Of a stretch of DNA of 64,000 nt, positions 1 through 11,502 are shown piece after piece. How positions within the stretch are numbered: the first letter of the stretch is position 1; each line of letters starts with the position of its first letter. This stretch comes from Thelocarpon superellum (Eukaryota). The notes under the pieces are model-generated. The model was not told where the DNA came from, made no database searches, and was given only the letters and a program-made list of their open reading frames with translations. The position numbers and the translations under genes are program-made. The stretch spans positions 1-64,000 of the forward strand of contig JAPEUG010000034.1 of assembly GCA_026025795.1 (NCBI GenBank), read 5' to 3'.

Positions 1-324
1 GCGGTTTGCCGAGCGACTTTGCGTCGCCTACAAGCTTCCGCTCCTTCGTACGGGTCTAGTGGAAGACATGAACCATCAGTATGCTTCCTTTGAACGCTGA
101 TGCGTAAGCCGAGCTGGGACGTCTTCATAATGCCAGCACCGACAGCTGAATAGGTTATCCGCTTTCCACTCCCACGGTAAGCGCTTCGTCAATTCATGTA
201 CAAGAAGCCTCGGCCTTCCTACGTGTCTCATGTGATCGTCATAAAACATCGACATGTACGTAACACACGGCTCGCCCTGTGCTATGCTTTCCAGAATGAT
301 GCAAGCCGAATCACGCAATCCGCT

Positions 325-3009
325 TCAATCATCGATCTCGCCAGCTTTGACCTGGCCCTCGTCGGGAAAGGCCTGGTATTTCCGACGAGGCCTCAACGGA
401 GCCGCAGCCCCGACCTCTAACCGTCCCACCTCGGCGTCGGGTTCGGCGTCTCCAACCCAGCCACGCAGCGCACCGAGGACGCGCATCGTGCGCTCGCCAT
501 CGCCCAAGAGCAGAGGCAAGTCCTCGGCGTTGGCCGCGCCGATGCGCATCATGGCGAAGGAATCGAACGAGGAGGTCCAGGTGTAGGAGAAGCTCGTGTA
601 CGTCGCCAAGGCGAGCAGGAGACAGAGGTCGATGCCAATCAGGAGGGAGATGATGATCATGGCGGCTTGAGACATCTGTGGCTTCGGTGTGTCGACGCCA
701 GGATCATACAAGACCGGCTGCCCTGGTACCGTCGATGAGGGACCCGTCATCCAGAGTTGGCTCGCGAGGATGACGGCCGCGTGGAGGCTATTCTGCATGG
801 CTCCGTTCTGGTAGAAGAGGGAAAGCCAGTCGGTCGCTTCGACAAAGGGCATTCGCCCACTCTCAACGTTGTCGATGCACGGTAGCCTGTCCACGAGCGG
901 GCCTGCGTCACCTTCCGACACGAATGTGGTGGGAAGCATGAGCTGGGCTAAGGGGACCAGTTCGATGCAGGAGTCGGTATCGAAGGTCTGGGGTGGATTC
1001 GGGTAGTCACTGTCGTCCACGTCACCGTTGATCACGCCTGCATCACTGAACCGGTCCTGAATAAACGAGCCTGGCCCAAAAAGCGCCTTCGCCACGGCTC
1101 GCAGAGGGCCGTTCCGCTGCGGCGACGTTGACGCAAAGCTGGTATACTCGACCGCCGCATCGCCCGCGTCGAAGTCGAACCTCGCTTGCTCGTTGCCGTT
1201 CACGGTGTCTGGGTCCGGCAAGTCGAGGCTGAGGAGGTTAGTGCCCGAGAGTTGTGTGGGGCGCGGTGGTGGAATCGCCTACCTGATTCCGATCGGGCAC
1301 GCACTGTCACAAAGGCCCTCCGTGTCGGCGACCAGCGGTCCAGCGACGCCCTGATTCTTGTAGTTGGGCAACTCAAACAACCCGAGGGTACTTTTCACGG
1401 TGACCCGATGGACGGTCGGCGCCAAGTGCATGTCATTGTTGGTGTCGGTGACGAGGTTTTGGCCTCGGGTGGCTGTGAGGTTGAGATACATCAGCTCAGT
1501 CAGGTCCTTGCGACTCTGCTTCGACACCCAGGCCGAGTCGTCCACCATGCAAGCCTACGCCTTGAAGCTGCCCTCGATCCCGTCACTTTGACCGCTTGAG
1601 TTGGAGAAGGTCGCGGTCCAGGCGCCGGCCGGCAGGGGAACGGAGTTGCATTCGCTCGGCCACAACGCGGCGTCAACCTTCTCGTACGCACGGAGCTGTT
1701 CAATCGCGGAACGAATTGCGTGGTGACGCCGGTACTGAAATTCGCGGGGAGTTGCGCGAGATACGGCCGTGGTAGAGCGGAGATGTCGTCGAAGGTGGGA
1801 CCGGACGTCTGGCATATCGGAGGCGGCTTCGAGTTGCCGAGGGTTAACGTGTTGCAGTTCGAGGACCCCTCGAGCCAGATGAGCGGCTGATAGTCGGCAT
1901 TGCTGGTGGAGGTCAATGCGCTGCGCAGTCGTGCCAGCCGAGTGGGGTCGTCGATGGCGTTGGTGTGCTGGAACAGGCTGTCAATGTCCGTCACGTACAG
2001 TTGCGATGGACTCGACATTGAAGGCGCCTTGACCGTTTCTTAGCCGACCAAGATCTCTTGCAGTGGTCCGATCGAAGCACCTGCGACAGGGTTAGTGGCG
2101 TCGTTCGAGATTGAAGCGGGAGGGGACTGTCTGACCCAACGCGCTCAGAGCGACGGCAAAGAGCAAGAATGAAGAAGATCGAATCTTCCAACCCGACGGT
2201 CGCAGGAGCGCCAGATATACTTCCGGGCTCGTCCATCCTTCATCTGCCAGGGTGCTGATCTGTCCACGGCTCAAGCGCGCGCGTTTTCCGCGATGATGGA
2301 CATAGGTGACGGCCGAGCTTGCGCACACGGCTGAGGTCAACGGAAGGATGAGGACGTTGGCAATGGCCATGAGGACGTTGGTCACGCGAAGCCACTGTGC
2401 ATTCTGCGCATACCCCGGACGCAGATCCATCAACGTTGGCAGTGTCTGCAGATACGGCCAGTCCTCGTGATACAAGTGGCCAACGACGGGGCGCTGAGCG
2501 AGGACGTATTGGAGGGTCCACTCGACAACGACCAGGACGGCGTAGAGGATGGTCATGTACAGGACATATTGACGGCGGTGTAGCTCCAAGGCCGGCACCC
2601 CGGTGTCCTTCTCTACTGACGGATCGATCACAGCTTCGGTCTCCGGGTTCGTGGCTTTTGGGCGCCCGTCTGGCGACAGCGGCAGGAGTGGCACGCTGGC
2701 CGCTTCTTGAGCTGCCAACGGTCGTCCTCTGTCATGAACCGAGAGGCCGCTGACACTGCTGGCGGATCTGGTGTGCAACTGTTGTCGCGTTGGCGATGCC
2801 GATGAATGGACATCCTGTGTAGTGTCCGCTTCGCTCCTGAACCCCACCATGAGCGAGATCCGTCAAACCACGGGCGTCCGTCCGGATCCCAGAAGCATCA
2901 CATACCTGGTAGGGTCGTTGTCGACCGAGCCGTAGAAATCCACCGGGCTCACCGAAACTGGAGGAATGTGCACGGGGTGTGCCGGCTCGTCTTCTGCGTC
3001 GGAGAACAT
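325..3009 (-). pseudogene. Disrupted multi-exon fungal membrane protein of unknown function (N-terminal TM segments, large luminal domain, C-terminal TM)
   Basis: ATG at 3009 (MFSDAEDEP). Canonical introns at ~2839-2905, ~2081-2136 and 1229-1282 (GTAGGC..CTAAC..CAG). In-frame TAA at 2040-2042 (PLQEILVG*ETVK), a 1-nt frameshift near 1690 (PRLNSSV/AYEKV) and an in-frame TAG at 1555-1557 (FKA*ACM). Last exon ends with TM helix IIISLLIGIDLCLLLALATY and WTSSFDSFAMMRIGA. Confidence 0.7.
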
Positions 3010-3958
3010 GATCGAGCTAGTTCAGATCTCGTCACAATCCTGCGCGGGTCATGATCGCAGAAGATAGGATCCGATGATGAAGATCCCAGTCGTTGAACCC
3101 GTCGACTGTCAGATCCGGTCGATCCAGCCTTATGACTGTCACATAGCTTTCCCAAAACAGAATAAGGCACAGATCACTTGGCAACGGGCGGCGGTCGAGG
3201 TCTGTGGGGGCACATGTATCGTTCCGCCACAAACACGGGCCTTGGTAGAGCAACGCTGCGCCATCGTACAGCGGGCTCCAACCACGGATGACGACTACTG
3301 GTGAACACCAAGAGTCTAGCGTTTGCTGCATGTAAGACGGGCGGTGTTTCCTGTTTCCCCATCACCTCCCATGACAGGCCTGTCACCCCACCGCTTCGGC
3401 GAGGGGTGTGGCCCTCGTACGGACCGCCTCGTAGGGCGAATACATCTCGCTCAGGAGGGGGAGGTGTCGGTAGACTCTCACACATTGGATTTCCATTCGA
3501 CATGGACGCGCATGGCTGGGGCTTGGTCAAGTTGCTACTCGACGTGGTACATTCAAGTAGACAGGAACCCTCATCTACCCGGCCGTGCCCGCCTGGGTGT
3601 TACTACTAGTAGTAGTGCCCGGCTGCGACTTCCGGTAACGAGAGCGCGCAGGAGAGCCTAGGCGAGCGGAGAGAAGGCGAGGCGGCGGAGCCTCAACTCG
3701 CTAAGCTGGCGGTAGGTTCTAGGCAGCGTTGGCAGGGGCCTGGGGCCCGGTGCCGGCGCGGCGATGAGCCCCTCTCGGCAGTACGGATGCCTGAAACTGG
3801 TTCCTGGATGTAGACATGGAGATGTTCCTTTCGAAAGGCAGATATACAAAGAGGTCTTATCTACTATGTTGCGATGGAATTGAAGGTAGTCTACTGTTTC
3901 TTTTCTTTCCCGGTCCTCGATGAATGCAACACAGCGATGTGAACGAACTTTCGAGACG

Positions 3959-5140
3959 TCACGGCTGGTCGACGAGCCCGCCCAATCTCAACCCCGCCGG
4001 TTCCCAGATGAGGCCGGATGAGCCGCAGCAGCCGTGGGAGACGTATGTAGTGTTGCACGGGCAGGCCAGGGGATGCTGAAGCCCGTCGACCCAGAGCCAG
4101 GCTGCGTCGTTGTCGCCGCCATCATCGTCGTCGTCGTGCTGGCGGCGATGGCCGTCTCCGTCATTGTGCGAACCTGCGCTCTCGTAGGGATAGAGCTCGC
4201 TGCGTCGCCGCAGCCGATGGCCCACACTCGACATGCAGAGGCCGTGGAACAGGACGGGGGTCTTGCGAAGCGCGACGCACGCGCAGCCGCCGTCCGCCCC
4301 ACACTTGGAGCTGACGCTGCTGCAGGCCATGTTGCATTTCTTGGTGCCGGTCGTGGCCGGGGTTTGAGGCGGAGGCTGCGGTAGATCGGACTCGGATGGC
4401 GGCTTCGGCTGCACCTGCGGCTCCACCGGAGGTGGCTTCTGCTCGGTCGGCGGACTGGGCGCTTGGTTTGGATCCGCGGTTTGGTTTGCGGCGGCGTCGG
4501 CTCCGGCGGGCTGTGGTCTGGACCATCCGCACGTGTCGGGATCCGGGCTAGTCATGAAGGTGCAGCTTTGGTTCGCGGAGGAGGGTCGCTGATGCGCGGC
4601 CACATTCCCCGCCGTGAAGATTTGATAGTCCTTACCGGTGATGGGCTCGCCGGTCTCCGCATGCCACCTAGCCAAGGCGTCGAGTTCGCAGGCCACGCGC
4701 AGACTGCCGTCGTGCTCGTCGACTACGATGTCGACAATCTCGGGCTCGTTGACACGCCGCTCCTGGTCATTTCCTTCACACCTGCACGCACTCATACACA
4801 GCTCCACCCGTCGGAGGTGGTCTTGCCGCCTGATGACACTCTCCAACGTCTGTCGATTCTTGCGCCGTATGTCGCGGCACTTGACTTGGGGGTCTGGTTC
4901 ATCATCGTCGTACGAATCCACACACTGACAGCCCATGTTGCTTAATGCCGCTGTTTGCAACGTCCTGTCACACATTTTTTGCAACGTCCCCCATGGCTGC
5001 ATGTGCTCATTGTGTTGGAGTGCAAACGACACAGGCGGACAGACGAGCTTGTGCGTCCGCGACGCATCGATCACAGGCGCGACGCACATGGCCAGGAGGG
5101 CTGAGATGGTCGTCGACACGACCACGCCTCGTCGTGCCAT
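3959..5140 (-). CDS. Secreted cysteine-rich protein with Pro-rich linker
   Basis: Single ORF; likely start MARRGVVVSTTISALLAMCVAPVIDA (signal-peptide-like). Many Cys residues; C-terminal ACPCNTTYVSHGCC...IWE module. Confidence 0.7.
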   Translation of the reverse strand: MARRGVVVSTTISALLAMCVAPVIDASRTHKLVCPPVSFALQHNEHMQPWGTLQKMCDRTLQTAALSNMGCQCVDSYDDDEPDPQVKCRDIRRKNRQTLESVIRRQDHLRRVELCMSACRCEGNDQERRVNEPEIVDIVVDEHDGSLRVACELDALARWHAETGEPITGKDYQIFTAGNVAAHQRPSSANQSCTFMTSPDPDTCGWSRPQPAGADAAANQTADPNQAPSPPTEQKPPPVEPQVQPKPPSESDLPQPPPQTPATTGTKKCNMACSSVSSKCGADGGCACVALRKTPVLFHGLCMSSVGHRLRRRSELYPYESAGSHNDGDGHRRQHDDDDDGGDNDAAWLWVDGLQHPLACPCNTTYVSHGCCGSSGLIWEPAGLRLGGLVDQP

Positions 5141-5809
5141 GATGCGGTGAGAAAGGAGGGTTCCGCCAAAAGGCAGTGGATTGATCAGGTAGTCTTGCGA
5201 CGTGGGTATCTGCAAGAACTTCTATCTGTCATCTGCGCCGATGCCAGGTAGGGGAGAGAAACAACGCGTGGCCGAGGACAGAAGTTCTAGGAGCCGTGTG
5301 GCATCGCACTGCTGCCAATAATAGGTGGTCTGCGGGCTCCACCCTGGGCACCGCCATGGACAACCAGGAGCTCGACGGAGGGAGCGACGGCGCGTGAGAT
5401 CGAGAAGGAAAAGACGCATCGATGAAATTGCGACTAGACATCGCGTGAGACACCTGAACATGTGAATGTCGGGCCCTTGAGCTGGAGCGCAACCTGGCTT
5501 GGGTTTTCCGCAGAGGCCAGCCTGGACTACTTGCGCGAATATCTCCGTTAGCTCGCATGCTTCCACGGCAGATGCAAAAGCATGTTCGACGTAGCCCAAG
5601 GATGAGGGACACAAGGCAGAATCCCCCGGGGTGCGGTGAAATGGGCGCGTATGGGAGGAGCTGCTGCATTGGTCGCCAGGCACCGTTACTCAAGGCGGTG
5701 GCGAGATCTGGCGGGGCCGTTAGACCTGTCAAGGCGTGGCGGCAGGTTCCGTGGGGGCAGGCAATTTGACAGAGGGTGGCCTATGCAATAATACTATTAA
5801 TACTATGTT

Positions 5810-5899
5810 TGTAGGAATCAGAGCTGAATTGCTAATCTACGCGTAGTCGGGATAGTAATAGGAGTGGACACGTGACCAAGTCACGTGCGCGCTCCTACA
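5810..5899 (+). mobile_element. 90-bp TG..CA element, copy 1 (solo-LTR/TRIM-like or MITE)
   Basis: Termini TGTAGGA...TCCTACA, flanked by direct repeat TGTT (5806-5809 and 5900-5903). 84/90 identical to the reverse complement of 13739-13828 by manual alignment. Confidence 0.85.
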
Positions 5900-6434
5900 T
5901 GTTCGTAGTATTGCAGCGACCTCGGCGTGATGGCGCAAGCACAATTGAGGTATAACCTGGAGAAATGTACTCTGGAGTCCGACCACGTTTTCAATAGGTT
6001 TGATGGCGGCCATCATGTATTGCACTTCGCCCTTGTATGCGGGTAGCTGACCAGCCATAGATCGCACGATTCTGCGTCGGTGGAAGATGGGGATCTCGGG
6101 CCGATTACGGACAGGCGGTGCCGCGTACCGAGTGCCACCACCAACGGCTTATTCCTACTACGGGTGGACGCAAGTACAAGTAGTCCTCGTTATACAGGTA
6201 AGAACTATCCCCACTTGTACTTCAGCTTGGCTCGTTGAGACTGGTTTCATTCAATTTCCTACTCGAAGAGTAGACACGCCGAGAGGAATAAAGGACCTCT
6301 AATACAGGACAAACAGCGGGGATCCTGTCTCAGGCAGGTATTCAGGGTAACATGCGTCCAAGCGGTGAGTGGCGGCCGTTCCTCCGCCTCCTCGCCTCCG
6401 TCTTTCCACAGCATCCCCGACACGTTGCATTCAT

Positions 6435-7442
6435 TCATCCACTGAAGATGCAGAGGAGGGCGAAGAGGAGGGCAGTCTTGCCCAACATCCCCGGCGTGCC
6501 CAACGACGCACCGTCTCCTGTGTCGGCAGCGCTTGTCGTCGGAGACAATATGCCGCCCGCAGAGCGGTTGGTGGTCACAGCGGCGGTGGCGGCGGTGCTG
6601 GTGGGTCCGGAGGCATCGCAGACGATCGAGGCCGACACCGTGGACGCAGGTAGGGACACCCCGGACGCGACTGTGGCAGCGACGATGTGCGCAGGAACGG
6701 TAGACAAGAGCGAGCTGCTGGCGGAGATGGCCGTTCCGTTACTCTTGAGGCCCCCCAGCGTGCTCGCGGCAATGGCACTGCCTACACCACTGCTAGTCCA
6801 GGGCGTCGGTAAGGTCAGCATCGCTGGGTTGGGTCGGTCCGCCTCGTCGGCCGCGTAGATGTTACCGGTCGTGCCGTTTGGCAGACGGTAGTCACCCGTG
6901 ATAAGGTTGCCGCTGGTCCCATCCGCCCGCGTGTAGATGCCCGTGGCAAGGTTGCCAAACGACGCGTCGGGGAGGAAGAAGTTGGTCGTGAATTTGTCCT
7001 GGTCATCGTGAGCCGCGGACCGGAACAGGGAGGGTGGTGAGCACTCACGTAGCAGAATGGAACCAGGTACTCGGAGAGTAGAAGGCATTGCGTTCCCTCC
7101 GCACCTGCCATGGCTGTCAATTGGCGCTCGGGTTCATTCGCTTCCCCACAGGGTTGACGTACAGCAAAACGGAATCGATACATCGCGGACGCCCAGCCCA
7201 CCGGAGACTTCATCGACACCTCGCTTCTCGGCCGACAGCTCAGGCAGAGAATGGAGGAGGTCCTTCAAGAGGTGTTGAGACTGTTGCACCACCGACTTGT
7301 ACGCGACAGGGTTCTCGCCCGGTGGGACGCAAGGCGTGTAGGTGCTCTGGCAGGCTTGCTTCGCGACCAGGAGGGAGGCTTGCGCGAAAGTCACGGCCCA
7401 CACTGCCACCAGCAGGACCAGAATGCGTCCGGCGAACGACAT
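6435..7442 (-). CDS. Putative GPI-anchored secreted Ser/Thr-rich cell-wall protein (3 exons)
   Basis: Signal peptide MSFAGRILVLLVAVWAVTFAQA. Two canonical introns join ...FCC-AEGTQCLLLSEYLVPFCY-DKFTTNFFLPD. Ser/Thr/Ala-rich stalk and hydrophobic C-terminus GMLGKTALLFALLCIFSG. Confidence 0.8.
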
Positions 7443-8305
7443 GTCGAGGCGCCACGAAGAGATACGGTCCGGGTACGAGGGGAGCGAAGGAAGGTGCAAA
7501 GGGTGGCAAACACGACGAGCAGCGAGCGACGGTAGTTGGAAGGCCCGGAGTCAGCGACAATGTGCCAGGGTTGGTGTTGTTAGGAAGGAGAGAGTGCGCG
7601 TCGAAGGACGGAAGTACAGACGAGGATTCTGTCACCCCTTGTGCAGAAGCAAGTAATGGGACAGCTTGTGTTCTGATAGCTTGTGCGATTTCCAGAAGCC
7701 GCAGTCACAGCGGTGAGCGACGCGTTCCCGGCGACGTGACGGGTACACGATCCACGACCAAGAGTGACCAGGCAGACTACAGCCGGCAGCCTGCAACTAT
7801 CCGTGGCTCGGATTCACCATGATCAAGACGCCTCTTGGCTCCAGTACACGACACCATCCACGACAAGAAGCAAATATGCTTCGGTCTTGGGCCTGCACAT
7901 GTCCTTGAAATTGGAAGTGTACTTGATCACGAAGACCACAGGAGACGGTGGCATGTCCCCCGAGTCTCAACGGGAAAGCACAGCAGTAATGGCAGGTTGC
8001 GCATTGGCAACGCACGCAATCCTCAACAGCTTTCACAGCCATTCATCTTGGCTCTTGGACCCTGTCTGCGTCCGACCGAGGTCATAAGCTGGACGATGCT
8101 CGTCGCGATCTGCCCCGCGGACGTGATTGGCGATGGCGCCTGCTGAAGACTTAGTCAGCCTCCTTGGAGCTCCCCCGCCAGCTTCACATGTCATCGCCGT
8201 CGTCTTCCCTCAAATGTTGCCCGCCTGCTATGATCTCAATCTGAACCTCAATTGCTCTCGAACTGCAATCGATTGATCGACTGTGAGCTGATCTCACCCA
8301 CGGTG

Positions 8306-8974
8306 ATGGAGAATCCAGGTACGGTGCCACTCTCCGCCCCAACTTCCACCTTCATTGACGCTTCGTTTGGGCGGCAGTGGAGGAGATCGGCCACGTCATA
8401 CGTTCGTTGACGCAAACACCACCTCACATCCAACGATACACCATCAACAGGTACTTCACGCCCAATGCGAGCTTCACGCATCCCTTCTGCCGCACGGGAT
8501 CCTTCGAGAACTCGCGATGGGTCATTGGTATGATCTACCGCTGGTACAAGATCATGTCGCCGCACATCGACCTCGATGTGACGAGTGTCGGTACGCACTA
8601 CGCCCACCTGCCCGCCTGCATGTGCGCCATTCACTGATTATGACTGCGTGGCTGGGATCGAAGCCTACGACGAGAAGATGCTGCGGCTCTACGTGGAGGT
8701 GCATCAGATCTTCTCCATCTGGCTCGTCCCGTTTTACGCGGCCAACGTCTCGCTGGTGACGGTGATTGATCTGGCTTACGACAAGCCGCGGCAGGTCTAT
8801 CTGATCAAGAGTCAAAATGACTTGTACCAGACTACGGAGTTTATCAAGTTCTTCTGGCCCGGTGGCTGGGTCGTGGCAATGCTCTGGCAATACGTTGCCA
8901 CTCTGCTCAGCATCCTGGGCGCTTTGATCTTGTGGCCGGTGACGTTGGTCGAGGATAAGTTTAACTTGGGATAG
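8306..8974 (+). CDS. Conserved fungal NTF2-like domain protein with C-terminal hydrophobic segment (3 exons)
   Basis: ATG GAG AAT CCA G|gtacgg; exon 2 contains YFTPNASFTHPFC and YRWYKIMSP; exon 3 contains QIFSIWLVPFY and IKSQNDLYQ. The pattern matches a widespread fungal hypothetical family recalled from memory. Confidence 0.75.
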
Positions 8975-9061
8975 AGGCGGCAATCAAGCTTGTACGAGTA
9001 TGTCGGTGTACGGGTCGTTTTACCACGTCCTCCTCGCCGCCTAGCGCCTTCACGGCGTGGC

Positions 9062-10663
9062 TCAGTTCGACTTGTATCCTAGTCCGTTGCGGATCCGATC
9101 CTCCTGCCGCACGACGCTCATGGGTAGGGCGGTGCCGATGCCGAAAAAAACGAAGAGGGCCCATTTCCATCGGAAAGGGTTGATGGCGACACAGAAGACG
9201 AACCAGTAGATCAGCTCGCTGTAGGTGAAAAAGTCAAAGGCACCGACGGGACTGCGGGCCTTGAGCCAGCGCGTCATGTCAATCCACGTCTTCATCAGAC
9301 GCTCCTGCGGGCGAGTCAACGGGTCCACCAGGAACATCAGCAGCAGGCGCGTGTAGATGCCGATGTGGTAATTGCCGACGGTGCCGATGGCGTTGACGTA
9401 GGTGCAGTTGTTGCAGCAGACGGACATGTGCTCGGGCGGGAAGGTCTGCAGATACCAGTTGGGCGGCGCATACGGCTCCTTGAAGACCTCATCGGGGAGG
9501 AAGCTCAGACTCGGGCGCGTGAAGCCCGTGGCCATGATGACCATGTCTCCTTTGACCACGATTTCTCGGCCCGGCCCGTCTTTGGGCACGCCCTGGGCGC
9601 GGTGGTTGAAGCGGATGCCGTCCGCTTCGAAGCCGTGGATGTCGCCGCGCAGCCACTCGGCGGTGCCGTCGCGGATCTGGTCGAGCACGTCACTGTTGAC
9701 CATGGGCGTATCGGTGAAGATGCCTTTGTTGCTGGGCGCAAGGTCTTCGAGGTCACGGTAGAAGAGGCGCTTCAGGAGGGTCTCGGGGATCCACGAAAAG
9801 AAGGTCTCCTGGCCCAGGACGTTCATCGCCAAGAGTCCATCGATGAGAGGATTGCGCGGGATGATCCATTTATCCGTCTACCCTTTGTCAGCCCGCTTCC
9901 ATCGCTCACGGGTCTGGGGTGGTCGAACCCTGGCGAGGATCGTCGTCTTCGCAGCAGCTTCATGCGCGGCAAATTCGAGGGCTTCAACGGCGCTCGCACC
10001 ACCACCGACGACGATAATCTTCTTCCCCTTGGCGCGCTTGCCATCCAGGTCCGAGGAATGATAGATTTCGCCTTTGAACTGCTCCTGACCCGAGATGTGG
10101 GGCATCTTGGCGTCGCCGCACGACCCGATGGCGGCCAAGATGCCGTCAAATCGGCCTTGCGACGGGTCATTGATCACCCAACGTTTCTTCTCGTCTTGGT
10201 ACACTTTGGTCACCCGGGTATTGAATCTGGTGCGCTCGGCAAGGCCGTAGCGCTTCCAGAGCTCGGTGATCTGGCTCACGATCTGTTTGCGGTCGGGATA
10301 GCCCTGGTGCCATTTCACCGACGGATGAAACCGATACATCAGACTGTGGATTTGAAGGCCGGACGTGTTGTTCACGCGCTGTCGAATGATTAGCCAGCAT
10401 GCAGACCTCGCATGCGATTCACCTACGCTCCAGATTCCGCCCAAGTTTTCTGGACCTCCGGCCTCGAAGATGACAACATCGAAGCCATGGCCCACACAAT
10501 GGGAAGCGGCGGCCACGCCGGTCAGGCCCGCTCCAATGACGGCAATCCTGGGTCGCGCAAGGGTGGCATGCGGGGGCGGCGGGGTCGGCGACAGCACTTT
10601 GTCGAGAATCCATTGGAAAAGATCATAGAGCCACAAGAACAGATTGAATCGGTGGGGCGCCAT
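9062..10663 (-). CDS. Flavin-containing monooxygenase (FMO/BVMO-like, FAD/NAD(P)-binding)
   Basis: Rossmann motif IAVIGAGLTG, GGIWS, FMO signature FKGEIYHSS and second dinucleotide motif VVGGGASAVE. Two introns. Confidence 0.9.
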
Positions 10664-11502
10664 GATGCGCGACGTCGGAGAAGGAAATCAGCGATGTTGT
10701 GCTGTTGAGATGCCCCGGAGTGGAGCAACGAGTTGGGGGCAGGCCGGGGAAACGGTGGACAAGCTGGGCAGGATGTGAGGGGCTGAGGGACTGATGACGA
10801 TGGACCCATGTGACGATGCTCTTCATCCTTGGAGAGCCCCAGAAAACCGCGCGCTGATGGTACTCGTTGGGGAGCTCTAGCGGAGGAACGACAGCCTGGA
10901 GTGCGACGGAAGTAGGCGCGGGTACGTCTCCATGCCGATCGACGTCATACCAAACCAACGCTCTCCAGCCACAAAGGCCCGTAGCAAACAAAGAAATCGA
11001 GTCGCGGATGCCTCCCGATTTGGGTGGTGAAGATGGGTTAAACCCCCATCATCGCCGGAAAAATGCATGCAATCTACGCCGGTGTCCGCCGTTGCCCATT
11101 TTCCACGGTTTCTCCAAGCCGGTCGCCGGACTGAGAGCGACAATGGCCCGCTTCACTCAGCTTGAGGGTCGAGGGCCAAGCGATCAAACCTGGCGACGGC
11201 GCTTCCCGAGCCGATCCGAGCCGCCTACGAGCACTCTGCCCGGGCGGTCTGGTCGAGTCTCGGTGTGGGTAGCAGCACGAGTGGCAGGGGGAAGCTTTGG
11301 GACCTATTCATCCTCTGCGCACTCATCTCCACCCGCGTCGCCGAAGCGCTCTACCGGGGCTGGGAGCCTGCGGTCCAAGTTCTCCAAGGAGCATTATGTG
11401 ACAGCATGTCTGGCCCTTGCCCAACAGAATCTGCAGCTTCGCCGACATCTTGGTGATCGGACGGGCGAAGGCGTGGTCGATCGCACGCCACCCCTCGCCA
11501 AC

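Noticed and set aside
1279..1281. Apparent third premature TAG in the first gene
   Set aside because: It lies inside a 54-nt canonical intron (GTAGGC..CTAAC..CAG).
9365..10393. 342-aa ORF antisense to the monooxygenase, and similar shadows over the TBC, DnaJ and NMA111 genes
   Set aside because: Same codon-bias artefact as over TOP2.
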